This document shows, one piece after another, positions 1 through 18,571 of a stretch of 64,000 nucleotides of DNA. Location: NCBI RefSeq assembly GCF_009914755.1, contig NC_060947.1; one strand, written 5' to 3'. Each line of letters opens with the position of its first letter. The stretch's first letter is position 1. Origin of the DNA: the human T2T-CHM13v2.0 reference genome, Homo sapiens. The notes beneath the pieces were generated by a model that was given only the letters and a program-made list of their open reading frames with translations, made no database searches and was not told the origin of the DNA. A program made the translations under genes and the position numbers.

Positions 1-324
1 GTGTTTGTGGATATGTGGAAATGCATGACGAGGGAAACGATGCAAGGCAAAATGGCAGGTGCTCAAAGCTTTAAGATCCTTTTCTTCACGCTTGTGTGCT
101 CTTGTTTTGCTTTTGAGAATTAGGGTAATTCGCAGGTCATTTTACAAAGAACTGTAATATCAAAGAACACTTCCAAACGGCTAAAATAGGCTCAAGGTCA
201 CTATTAAAGTGATAAAGGGAGGTCCGTGGGGGAAAAGTTTGTGTTCTCAAAAGCCAGATTTCACACCATGGCAGGCACTAAATCTAGTTACATGTGCTTG
301 CAGTAGAAAAAGAAGACACTGATC

Positions 325-414
325 TTAATAGAGGCTGGTCTTTTTCATGATGCGCAGGAACTCTTGCTCACTGACCTCTCCATCTCCATCTCGATCAGCT
401 TCATCAATCATTTC
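325..414 (-). CDS. CETN2: CETN2 exon 5 coding part ([29 protein letters not shown]); 3'UTR continues past the left window edge
   Basis: Acceptor atatag|GAA at 415/414; TAA at 325-327; EF-hand loop [12 protein letters not shown]. Confidence 0.97.
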   Translation of the reverse strand, partial: EMIDEADRDGDGEVSEQEFLRIMKKTSLY

Positions 415-3194
415 CTATATGACAGTAAAGATTCAGGTTAATTTATAAACTAATGCCAAAAGGTGACTAAGTAATAGACTTTTTTTTTTTTAGAGATGGG
501 GTCTCTATGCTGCCCACACTGGTCTCAAATTCCTGGCCACAAGAGATCCTCCTGCCTCAGCCTCCCAAAGTACTGGGATTATATGCATGATCCACTGTGC
601 CTGGCAAGCAATAGACTTTTAATCTATGTGAATAGATAATTTGTATCTATGTGAATAGATCATTGTAGTCCACCCAATGCCAGTATGCTACTCCTGATAA
701 TAGCTTGGTTTCTGAAAAGTTATTTGAAAACCAACTCATACTTTGTCAAACATATCACCTGGGAGGGACCTTGAAGATTGCCTTGACTAGAGGGATTCCT
801 GGAACCTAAAATAGTAAGCAAAATTGTGCATATGTGCATTTTTCTGGAAGCAGGGTTCATAGGTTTGTCTGACTATTAAAGGAGAATTAAGTTGTCTGCA
901 GAGGGACAAAGTACACTGGCTTTTCTTCAAAGAGGTGCTCACACTAGGGAAAATGTAATGGAAAAGTCACAGAGGGCTCAAAGGTGGGAATTTTAAGTTC
1001 CAGTGTGATGCATTACAAACCTGCAGCTCCTCATCAGTCAGGTTCTCACCCAACTCCTTGGCCACGCGTTTCAGATTTTTGAACGAAATCTTCCCAGTTT
1101 CATCATCATCAAAGAGCTTGAAAGCTTTCAGGATTTCTTCTTTAGTATCTTTCTCAGACTTAACAAGTAGAACATAAAACACATGAGTAGGGGGACACCA
1201 CGGTTGGTTACTACTGTCCTGTAGCCCTGCCACTGCCTGGTCAGGTCACCCTTTCCTTTTTAACAATGTAACTCGAGTCTAGACTTGCGGCAAGTGTCAG
1301 GAAGCCCATTTTGGCCTCAAAGAAACACCAGGCAAGCCAGGCACTCCATCCAAGGTGACGTTTGCTACCTATCGCTATATCTCTCCCTATCCCATATCTA
1401 TTTCCTAACTGATTTGGAATTCTGTGGGAAGAGGTATCTGCTTGGAAGTCTTGAGAAAGAAGCACAAGGGCTTGTTTTGGGAGCCCAAAGTAACATGATG
1501 GGAGGGCAGGCCTCCTGATGCAGTTGCTACCTGGACTGCTCTGTGGTCACATGACTGTTTTAACAGGAAGACGCCATGGACCTCTGCAGATGACTGGGGC
1601 TCCATACCATGATAATTGTCTTAGCTACTTACCATTTTCTGGGTCATCACAGTTAAAAAGTCACCAAAGTTCATTTTTCCTGTCCCTTCCTTATCAATTT
1701 CACTTATCATTTTCTTAATTTCTTCTTTCTTGGGTTCAAAGCCCAGGGCCCTCATTGCCACCTATAAAGAAAACAGGATCGTCTCAATAAGCACATCTAA
1801 AGTAGCAGGAGCAAAAATAACAGTGTTGAGAGCATTAAGCCAGCATCTGATGTGGTCATGTTAATATGATTGGGGAACACTATGACATTGATCTAATTGA
1901 TATTTGCAATCAATTTTATTGAATAATACTCAAAGTAAGTAAAGACAGGAAAACAGCACAGTACAACCTCCCCTGTTACTTACTGCAGGGAGAAGAGGGC
2001 AAAAGGGGTAGAGAGGTGATAGGGAGATGACAAGGAAGAGGCAGAGGAAAGGAAGGGCAGTACGGCAGGAATGCACAGAGCTTGCCTTCAGTTCTTTAAC
2101 ATCTATGGTGCCAGTTCCATCCGCATCGAAAAGATCAAAAGCTTCCCGGATCTCCTGCTTTTGCTCTTCAGTAAGCTCAGGCTTAGGGCTCATTCTTTTT
2201 CGCTGAGAACTTGATGCCATGTTTGCCTTCTTAAAGTTGGAGGCCTTTATATGTTATGCAATACACAAGCACAATAATATATCATACAGTCCATATTTAC
2301 ATAACATAGTTACAGACACCCATATGTATTTTTAAAGTCATTTATATAACCAATTCCAAAGCTTTGCTTAAAAAGAAAGATAACAGGGTTTACTGGCAAG
2401 AACAATGAATCTTTCCATGAACTTCTACCCCTCCCTTTTCTTTACTGTTGTTTCTAGAAGCAGGGAGATCACTTGTTCAGTAAGGACACCTCTTACTGAA
2501 AATCATCCCAAAAGAGAGCCAGTCAAGAAGATGACTGTGAATAACTAGAGATAATCAGCTCTTCCCGAACGTGGGGATCCTGGTTCTGAAAACAGTCTTA
2601 CGATGCCCACTCCCAGTACTCCCCTTCCCAGTAAGTACTCCGACTTCCCAATTACTTCTAGATTTGGCCAAATATTAGTAAGTTGTTAAGATGTATATTG
2701 TGTCAGTACCGAGTAATAAAACTCAATCCATCTGGCACCTTCGTGCCTTCTCCAAGAAGCTAAAGCATCCCCTGAATGCCCCTGTATTTAAATTGTAAAA
2801 AACATTGTAACAGAACACGATACACCTTTTCCCAGCTGTGTGTGGAAATTTTGGCAGAATGAGGAGGCCAGGGGGCCAAGGTCTGAGAGAGTCAGGGGCC
2901 TGTGAGGGATTCGAGTCTTTTTTGCCCAGGGAGGTTCACCGAGGGGATCAGGGAATGCAAGGGGAGCCCGAGGGGCGGGTGTGGGCCTGTTGTGGGTGAA
3001 GAGGAGGCAGCAGCGAAGCGCAGGCCCAGTAGGTTGGTTAGCGTCTGTACCCTACTCTCCCGGGAAAGAGCTCAAAGGAAAGACTGGTGCGCTAAAGCCG
3101 AGAAAGGCGCAGGAGAGGCGGCGTGGCCGAGCTGGGGCCTGGGAAGGGCTCAGCCGCTGGGCGTGGGGCGCGACAGAGCGGCAGCACTCACCAT
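325..3194 (-). CDS. CETN2: Centrin-2 (EF-hand Ca2+-binding centriolar / XPC-complex protein); spliced CDS join(3192-3194,2086-2244,1633-1761,1021-1158,325-414), 172 aa
   Basis: Manual exon assembly gives 3+159+129+138+90=519 nt, reading [54 protein letters not shown]...[12 protein letters not shown]. Four EF-hand-type loops. All junctions are GT-AG except GC-AG intron 2. Confidence 0.98.
481..605 (-). mobile_element. Free left Alu monomer (FLAM/AluJ-type) in CETN2 intron 4
   Basis: Poly-T followed by left-arm Alu sequence; TSD aagtaatagact (469-480) / aagcaatagact (606-617) ending at a TTTT/AA endonuclease site. Confidence 0.88.
1021..1158 (-). CDS. CETN2: CETN2 exon 4 (SEKDTKEE...TDEELQ)
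   Basis: Acceptor ttaag|TCT; donor CAG|gtttgt; 138 nt; inside ORF 967..1233. Confidence 0.97.
1633..1761 (-). CDS. CETN2: CETN2 exon 3 ([10 protein letters not shown]...VMTQKM)
   Basis: Acceptor tatag|GTG; donor ATG|gtaagt; 129 nt. Confidence 0.97.
2086..2244 (-). CDS. CETN2: CETN2 exon 2 (ASNFKK...DVKELK)
   Basis: Acceptor ataaag|GCC; donor AAG|gcaagc (GC donor); 159 nt; EF-hand [12 protein letters not shown]. Confidence 0.96.
3192..3194 (-). CDS. CETN2: CETN2 exon 1 coding part: initiator ATG only (5'UTR extends to roughly 3250)
   Basis: Minus strand reads GCT-ATG|gtgagt, a consensus donor immediately after the ATG; in frame with exon 2. Confidence 0.93.
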
Positions 3195-3215
3195 AGCCAA
3201 AGGAGTCCGCTGCCG

Positions 3216-3228
3216 GTTGTTAGGCAAC
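3216..3228 (-). promoter_or_regulatory. RFX X-box-like motif in the CETN2 5'UTR
   Basis: Minus strand GTTGCCTAACAAC resembles the X-box GTTGCC-N(0-3)-RGYAAC. Confidence 0.55.
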
Positions 3229-3249
3229 CGACGTGTACACTGACTCGGC

Positions 3250-3500
3250 GCCGTTCCCACCGCCCCGCGCGCGCAGCCCCGCTCCCCATTGGCCGTCCGC
3301 TCGTCGCCGCCTCTCCCTATTGGTGCAGGGCCGAAGAGGGTGGGACTAACCTGGCAAAGCCCCGGCCCAGCGCGGGGAGGGGCACGCTGGCGACAGAGCC
3401 CCGTCTTTATTGGGCAAGATCACGCCGTGAGCGCCAATTGGCTGAGTCGTCGCCGAGCTGGGCCAATCCTCTTGGTGGAGGAAGCTCGGCTGATTCTCGG
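3250..3500. promoter_or_regulatory. TATA-less bidirectional CETN2/NSDHL promoter with clustered CCAAT (NF-Y) boxes, GC boxes and an SRE-like element
   Basis: ATTGG at 3288, 3319, 3409; palindromic GCCAATTGGC 3433-3442; CCAAT 3463; ATCACGCCGTGA 3419-3430; CCGCCC near 3260. Confidence 0.8.
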
Positions 3501-3601
3501 CTCACGCGGGAGGGGAGTAAAGGGTGGCGGTCCGGGCCTGGAGTTCAGTGGGTGCAGCCTGCTTGCGAGCTGAGGCCAGACAGGGGGGCGCCTACGGACG
3601 G
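3500..3601 (+). other. NSDHL: NSDHL non-coding exon 1 (start approximate)
   Basis: Ends at donor CGG|gtaaga (GT at 3602-3603) inside the CpG island, downstream of the CCAAT cluster. Confidence 0.8.
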
Positions 3602-5179
3602 GTAAGAGTCGTGGCCTTGCCATTGGAGGTCACCCTGTGTCAGCGACTGGGCAGTGCGGGAGGGTGGGGAGCTACGGGGTCGCCCGGGTCGGGTGCTTTC
3701 TGGGTTGACCTAAGGCTGAGTTTAGGGACCGAGTGCATCAGAGCAGCCAGAAACGATTACCTTGCGTGTTGGAGCAGGGACTGTACTCACGGGGCAACTG
3801 AGACCCGGAGAGGGGAAGGGGTGTGCTGAGTGTTGTCGCAGAGGTCGGACGGCTGGGACCTAGGAACTGAATCCAGCCGAGGCTCGCTCTTTGAGGGTGG
3901 CCCTTCGAGAGCACCCCTAGACTGACCCAGATGTATAGGCCCCAGACCAGGTTCCAAGAGAGGATCACTTTAGATCTTACCTGGCTAAAAGCAGCCCAGG
4001 ACGGTGAACTGGGGCCTTTGGGAACGGACTTTGAAAGGAGTGAGGGGGATGTGAGCGAGCATGAGGGGCGGGGAGAGGTCATCAAAATATACTCTTTTTG
4101 ACACCCACACAATGCAGATAAGGAGGAGCATTCCAGGCCGAGACGCCCTCATCAGCAGAGTCACAGGAGTTTTGGAAGTGAGAGGTATGCTTGGAGAATT
4201 AAAAGGGAGCGTGTGCAAGGGCTGTGGACTGACATAGACCTGCAGAAGTGGAGCTGGAGGTCCAGTTTGCCCTCTTTAGCTATCCCCGTGGCTTTTAGCC
4301 TTCACCTGTTTTTCCTCCAGGCATAGGGGCAGTAATCTAGGGAGACAGAGGGCAGAGAGTAAGTTTCTCAGACAGAGAAAGGCCCGAGGCTTATTAGAAC
4401 CTTTTAAATGGAGCTGCTGCCCTTTGCCCTCTTCTCTCTTCAGCAGTGAACAGATTCCTGACTTTTGGGTCATCATCATCCCCCCAAGTAGTACGAGCCA
4501 GAGTTCTCACTGTGATCTCCAAAGCTTGGCACGACGTGTCCCCTTCCATCGCTCCACAACTCTTCTCTCGTCTGGCTCACTCCAGCCCCAGAACACTGGC
4601 TTTGTGGTTGAACCTCATGTGCCAGCCACACTCCTGCCTCTCATCTTTGTCTCAGTTGTCCTCTCCGCCTGCCTCCTCTTAGGCACCCTATTTAAGTATT
4701 GCAGCCCCCAGTACAAACAAGCCACTCACCTTGCTCTACTTTTTTTTCCAACAGTTCTTATCCCCTTCTGACCTACTGTATATTTTGCTTGTTTGTTTTG
4801 CTCTTTGTTGTCCCTCCACTAGAAGGCAGGCTGTCTGAGGGCAGGCATCTTTGTTGTATTCACTACTGGTACTCCAGGACCTAGAACAGAGAGGGGCACA
4901 TATTAGACAACTGATGAGTAGCTCCCCTGTTTCCCAGCTCTCACCTAGCTAGTCCTCCCTGCTCTACCAGGTTAATCTTCGTAGTGAACGGCCCTGGTCA
5001 GGGCATCTCCCTGCTCTTAAACCTTCAGAGCCTGAACCGTAAAGGGCTCCTTAGCCTGGCCTGTGATCCCTCTGCCCAGTTTTGCCCCTGGTAACCCTTC
5101 TAGCTTAATGTCCCTCCATACCTTGCTTCCCAGTCCGTCAACCTGCAGATCGGAAGCCTGACAGAGTACAAGGGAAAAA

Positions 5180-5365
5180 CACAAGTTCTGCGCAGGCTGT
5201 GTGCAGGCTGTGTGACCTTGGGCAAGTCGCTTAACCTCTCTGAGCCTGTTTCTCATTTGTTGAGTGAGACCAGTACTGTCTACCTGATGGGATACTTTTG
5301 CATCTCAATGGGATGAACTACTTATATGTAAAGTGGCCTGATGTTGAGCAGGTCTTCAGGCAGTA
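5180..5365 (+). mobile_element. MIR SINE fragment
   Basis: Core motif gctgtgtgaccttgggcaagtcgcttaacctctctgagcct. Confidence 0.8.
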
Positions 5366-5368
5366 TTA

Positions 5369-5801
5369 CAGTTGACCCCTGAACAACATGGGTTTGAACC
5401 TTGTGAGTCCATTTACAGGCAGATTTTTTTCTCATCTCTCCCACCGCTGAGCAGCAGGATCAGCTCCTCCTCATCTTCCTTCTCAGCATACTCATCAGGA
5501 AGACCGTGAGGATGGAGACCATGATGATCCACTTTCACTCAGTGAATAGTAAATATATTTTCTCTTCCTTATGATTTCATAGTAACATTTTCTTTTCTCT
5601 AGCTTAATTTATTGCTGGGACACAGTATGTAATACATGTAATGTACAAAATATTTGTTCATCAACTGTTTACATTATTGGTAAGGCTTCCAGCCAACAGT
5701 AAGCTATATTAGTGAAGTTTTAGGTGAGTCAAAAGTTATATGTGGATTTTTGACTTCGGGGCTCCGTGCCCCTAACCCCCACATTGTTCAAGAGTCAAAT
5801 G
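5369..5801. mobile_element. Tigger2a/MER28-type non-autonomous Tc1/mariner DNA transposon
   Basis: TIRs CAGTTGACCCCTGAACAAC ... TTGTTCAAGAGTCAAATG; TA target duplication at 5367-5368 and 5802-5803; 433 bp. Confidence 0.85.
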
Positions 5802-6876
5802 TAGTTCTTGTCTCTGATTTGCTCTTGTCATTCCCCCCGCCCACCATGCCTGGAGCCTTAGACTTGTCCAAAATCTCTTCCCTGCACTGCAGCCAAGGTG
5901 ATCTTTCCAGTCGCAACACTCACTCCTGCTTCCAACTTCTAGGGGCTCCACCATCTTTCCCCCCTTGTAACTCCCTAGCTTGGCACACAGCCCCCACATG
6001 TTCTCAACTTTGCTCCCGATCTTGCTTCACACTTGCTGTGACACAGCTTGTCACTGTTATAAGAACATGCTGGCTCTGTGCCATCACTTTGTCCTTCCCA
6101 CCCTGGCCATGGAATGTCTTTCAGGACACCATGCGCTCTGTTTTACTCACTCTTCTGGGGCCTTTTGAAGTCAGCTTAGGGATCTCCTAGTTGGGGCAGG
6201 CTTCCCTGAGCCAGCAGCCTGCATTGGTGCTCTGGGCTTGCCCTCATCAGAGTGGAAACGCACTTCTGTGACTCTTTGCTTGCTCCTGTCTCCCACCCTA
6301 GATGGCGGGCTCCTTGAAGGTTGGCAGTGTGTCTTTGTCAGCTTCTGCCTGGTAGTGGCTGGCATTTGATAACTTGTGAATGAGGAAATCAATGCATGAG
6401 GTGACACCTGGGGGTTCTTTTACAAGTTACAGCTCCCGCTTTAACCCTGGGGGTTTGTTTGAGCCTCACAGTAGCTCTGAGGTAGGGAAGAAGGACGCTG
6501 TTTTACAGATAAGGCCTCATGGCCAGCGGCAGCACGATAATTCACTCAAACCCATCTTCCATTCCAGGCTGTCTGCTGGGCCTCCAGGGGCTCGTGGTGT
6601 CCTACAGGGTGCTGAGTGTGAGGATGAGAGCAGAAACAGGTGCTGTGGAAGCGACTCACCTTCCCTGGGGAGGGGGAGGAAGTTTCACAGAGGGGGCAGT
6701 TCAGCTAGGCCTTGAAGGAAGAGGAGGCACTCACCGTGGAGAGGAGAGAGAAGGTATTCCATGCAGAGGAACAGCGTAAGCTAAGCTCACAGGCATGCTG
6801 CTGGGTTTCTGAGAGGTCTACCACAAAATAAAAGCTGGCGACTTTTTTTGTCCTAAAAGTAAATAGAGAAACAAAC

Positions 6877-7146
6877 AACTGGTGGAAACATGGACACCGC
6901 AGGTCCGTGGAAGGACAAGGTCAAGCTGGGTTGCCCCAGCATAATCAAGGCTAAAGTGACACCTCTAAAGAGAAATGACCTCCAAGCTATTGGCCTCACT
7001 AATCCTAATCTGGGTATTTTCTTTCCCATATCACATCTTTGAATTCTGAAAGGGAGGCTTTATTGTTGTTCCTACAGGGCTCCTGCTTTGCTGTATTTTC
7101 TCTAAGAAATATGTCCATAATGAAGGTGTGTGCCGCCTCAGGTGAA
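6877..7146 (+). repeat. Left arm of a long inverted repeat (unassigned family)
   Basis: Its reverse complement aligns with 7607-7776 plus 13933-14045 at roughly 85-89% by manual count. Confidence 0.88.
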
Positions 7147-7606
7147 TCCTTCTCTTTGCATCTGATCATCTGGCCCAGTCCTGCAGAGGAGGCCAAGCAT
7201 GAGGCATGAGGTGATGGGAAATAGGGGAATCCTCTTTTATAATCCAAGGCTTAGGCCCCCATTTCAGGATTTCAAAGAAAGTTCTAAGAAACATTACTTG
7301 GCATTCCTTGGATAGCCAAACTCTACTGAGGTGTTTGGGGAAGGGCAGTTTGCCTGGCATTGTCTGCCCATGGACTGAAGGGATGAGCTCTCAGTGGCCA
7401 CATTCTAGCTTCCTGCACTGGACCTTGTGCAAGGGTGGGGCTCCGACAACCTTTCCCCTTTACAAAGATGTCACACTTCTTTCTAGAAGACGGGACGCTC
7501 TCATCTCTCTCCCTAGTTTGAGACAGAATGTTCTCTCCTTTTCCCTCCAGGAAATGTTCCCCAGCAGGAAGGAGGAGGTTGGGCTAACTCGCTTCTCTCT
7601 TCTCGC

Positions 7607-7776
7607 TTCACATGAGGCGGCACACACCTTCATTATGGATGTGTTTCTTAGAAAAAATACAGCAAAGCAGGAGTCCTCTAGGAGCAAACGTAAGGCCTCC
7701 CTTTCAAGATGTGATATGGGAAAGAAAATACTCAGATTAGGATTAGTGAGGCCAGTGGCTACAAGGTCACATCTCT
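7607..7776 (-). repeat. Right arm of the inverted repeat, inner part (cut by the L1 insertion)
   Basis: tgaggcggcacacaccttcattatgga...gattaggattagtgaggcca is the reverse complement of ~6970-7146. Confidence 0.88.
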
Positions 7777-7777
7777 C

Positions 7778-13930
<6,153 letters not shown>

Positions 13931-13932
13931 GT

Positions 13933-14045
13933 TCACATCTCTTTAGAGGTTTCAGTTTAGCCTTATTTTGCTGTGGCAGCTCAGCTCAACTTTGTCCTTC
14001 CATGGGCCTGTGGTGTGGGGCAAGGTGGTTGGATTTCACCAGTAC
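13933..14045 (-). repeat. Right arm of the inverted repeat, outer part (resumes after the L1)
   Basis: ctctttagaggtttcagtttagcctt...tttgtccttccatgggcctgtggtgt is the reverse complement of ~6895-6975. Confidence 0.85.
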
Positions 14046-14254
14046 AACATATCTCTGTTTTCCTATATTATTTTTAGCTTAAGATTTTGTCCCAGTGTAC
14101 ATCGTGGGTGCACATATTGGTTTTTAATGGATTCAAATAACTAACATTTTAAAGGAAGAGACTTGAGGCTTCTGATGTGTGAACCATAACAATCCACCAG
14201 CCCCTAAAACATTGCTCTTTGGAGTCTTGTTTTCAGTAGTTCAGAGCTATTCTT

Positions 14255-15416
<1,162 letters not shown>

Positions 15417-15802
15417 TAGGCAGGGGACGGGGGTTGCCTATGGGATCTGACTCATTTGCGCGGCTAGCTCTGGGTACTCCAACCCATAGAGACAGCTAAG
15501 CTGTCACCAAAATTCTTATCTGACTCATAGTATTTACAAACTTTAAAATAATTGGTATATAATTTGAGACAAAGGAGATTTTGTTTTGACAAGAGGCTGG
15601 TTTGCAAAGAATTGTGTGATTATTGTTTCAGCAGTACAGCTCCGTTGGGGTGAGACATGTTTCTTCTTTGACCTCCTACATCCTCCTCTAGCAAACGAGG
15701 AGAGGAATAGGCTCTAAGGCTTCTTGCTTTTGCTAGTCATACAAGGGGACTTGTGGAATTGGCAGCTCTGCTATTTGGATTTCGGCACTACAAAGGATAC
15801 TC

Positions 15803-16115
15803 GTATAGTTTGCTGGGTCTGCTGTAACAGATGACCACAAACTGGGTGACTTAGAAAAGCAGAAATGTGTCTCTCACAGTTCTGGAGGCCACAAGTCCAA
15901 AATCAAGGTGTTGACAAGGTTGTGTTCCCTCTGAAGGATCCAGGGGAGACTCGTTCTTCATTGTTTCCACCTTCTAGTGGCTCCAGGTGTTCCTTTGCTT
16001 GTAGCCACATCACTCTAACCTCTGCCTCCATCTTCACATGGCCTCCTCCTCTTCTCCCTGCCTTTCCCCTCTGTATGTCTCTTATAAGACCACTTGTCAT
16101 TGGATTTAGGGCCTA
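15803..16115 (-). mobile_element. MLT1 (MaLR) LTR fragment
   Basis: ctgctgtaacagatgaccacaaactgggtgacttag...cagttctggaggcc motif. Confidence 0.75.
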
Positions 16116-16614
16116 CCAGGCCTCCAAGGACCTCTATTGGCCCATTCTTTTCCTACTTTTCATGCAAAACTTAAGGCTACGGGAGCAGTTAAAGTTACTT
16201 TTTGGTTCAAGAAGAACTGAATGAAGCATTTGGTGTTAGTCATTATGCTATTCATTGAATGAGGCCAAAGAGGAAATGATTCTTTCCACCCAAGTTTGCT
16301 TGCGAGTCCCAGTCTTTCTTTACACTCCTGCCCCATGCTGTCGCTGTACACCTACTTTACAAAGCATGTCCTTGGTTGTTTATTTGTTAGCCAGCATCTA
16401 GTTGTTGCGACAACCCCAGGAGTTAGCCTTTAGGCAGGACCTGGGAGCCGTTTCCAGGACAGATAGGACAGCCCCTGCCTGCCCAAGCTTATACCGCATG
16501 GCAGCAGATTAGATAGGGGAGAACTAAAGTGGTGGAGAGAGTCCAAAGGCAGCCCAAGAGGAGGCATAGGCAGGGAGACTCCTGCACAGGAAGCTGTGTT
16601 ACAATGATAATAAA

Positions 16615-16790
16615 ATTAGCTGCCTTGAATGGCGTGTTGACAGGTATTTGACACAATCCTCATAATGACCTTATGAGGCCATTTACTTTACATATGAGGA
16701 AAGGCAAGCTCAGTTCTTTTAAATAACTCCCCCGAGGGCTACCTGCTGGTAAGGAATAGTAGCTGGGATTTGAACCCAGGCAGCCGACTC
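16615..16790 (-). mobile_element. MIR fragment
   Basis: ttttacatatgaggaaa...ctgggatttgaacccagg. Confidence 0.7.
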
Positions 16791-18571
16791 TGGGTTAATT
16801 TATTGCCAGCTGCACTGAGGAGTGGCGTGATTTGTGATTTCTCATGTGTAGAGGGTGAGCAGAGGCTTACAAGAGCAGAACTCCACAGGGGTGGGCTTGC
16901 TTAGCCCGGCTGGCCTAGTTAGCCTGTCATGCGGTCCTGTCACTGCCCCAGGCACACGCCCCTCAGATCCCCTGCCAGCAGAGGTCAATAAGGCCTTGGT
17001 GGGGTCAGAGGCCAGATGTGAGCCATCTCCTTGCCCCTGTAGATGCCATGTGCCTTTTCATTTGCTCACATTTCCCTGAATATCTGGGGAATCTGGATAA
17101 GAAGCCAGCAGTGGGCATTCGTGATTATATCATCACTAAATAACAGTCACTTGCCCCACTGAAGCCCCTGCACCTTAGATGGGATATGCATGTATGCGAT
17201 GGAGAGCAGTATGGGAGCTCTGGTGGGTGTGCCCACACATGGTAGTCTCATGACCCCCGGCCGATATGTGAGTGCCCACTTTGTGCTGGGCACTATGCTT
17301 CATGCCCAAGTTGCAACAGTGGGCAAGGCTTTGGTGCAAGGTGCCAAAATCCTTGTTCTCTAGCTGCTTTGGTCTAGATACACATTGAGTCCCAGTGAGT
17401 TCAATATCAGCCACATGTCTTTCGAATGAACAGTTGACAGGGCCCCTACCAATGTGAAGGGGATTCTGGGATAAAGGGAGGGACAGGGCAGGCACAGAGC
17501 TACAGATTGACTTCAATGCATTCTAAAAATGGCCATGACAAGTCAAGTTTTGACATACAGTTTCTTAATAACTTCCATTATGAGTTCAGAAAAATGTTCC
17601 CCCAAATGGCTCCTCCAGACATTGAGGGTCCTGCATCCATTTCAAGGCCATTTTGGCTTTCTACATGCCCGTAAAGTCTGTCCCCACTGGGACACATGAT
17701 CATGCCCATTCGTTAAAAGTGGCAAGGAGTGTAAAATTCGAGGTGTGGGGTTGGATTGGAGCAATCACAGCAGGTGGAATCCCAGTGCTGCCTGCCACCT
17801 CCTCACTGAAGTGTTCTGTGAATCTAGCCTTTCATGAGCAAAGTTAGACTCTTGTCTTGTCGTGGGTTTTGCCATCTCCAGATGTTAGGGGAGCCATGAC
17901 TAAGTAAATTGGCAACTACCAAGAAAACATGGATGCAAGACCAAATACATCATAGTCAAGTGGCATCTTTGTGTTTGCAGTTCAGTATCATGGGTGACTG
18001 AGGAGAGGAGCACCCTAAGGGCTGTCACTAAAGCCATACTCCTCTGTTTGGCAACGTTGTCGGATTTTATTGCTACCGTCTCCCTGCTGTGAACTGCTGG
18101 GTGCCCACTGTACTCTGATCACTTCTCAAGGGTTTCTGATGGCCCAAGATGCTAAGTTCCTCCACGCATCGTCAGGGCGGCTTTAACTTAGCCAAGCAGG
18201 AGAGCTCCGTCTCCTATTGCACTCCACTCATCCCCCGTCCCAGCATCCCATGTCCTGAGCTCCTAGACATGAGCCCTTGTGCCCATTTCATTGATGGGAA
18301 AACTGAGCTGCAGCAAAGGGAAGTGACTGGAGCAATTCCGTACAGTTCGTGATAGGCCCAGAGCAGGACTCCCTAGGTGTGGGCACTGCTACACCCTAAT
18401 GAGCACCACAGGGGAAATCCACGCTGACTGAAGCGTGGGAGAGCCATGGAAAAAGCTACAATGCCAAAGACGTTTTTTATGTTGTCACTGATAAGTGAGC
18501 TGATTTAACTGGCCTCCTGTGCGCCTCTAATCTAACAGTGTGGTGAGTCATAGGCCCAGTCGTTGGCCCCG

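Larger units (their letters stand above)
2950..3900. promoter_or_regulatory. CpG island spanning CETN2 exon 1, the shared promoter and NSDHL exon 1
   Basis: Visibly high GC and dense CpG against CpG-poor flanks; boundaries approximate. Confidence 0.88.

Noticed and set aside
2902-3829. Overlapping 70-160-aa ORFs across the promoter
   Set aside because: Expected in a CpG island where stop codons are rare; they span the TSSs and have no domain features
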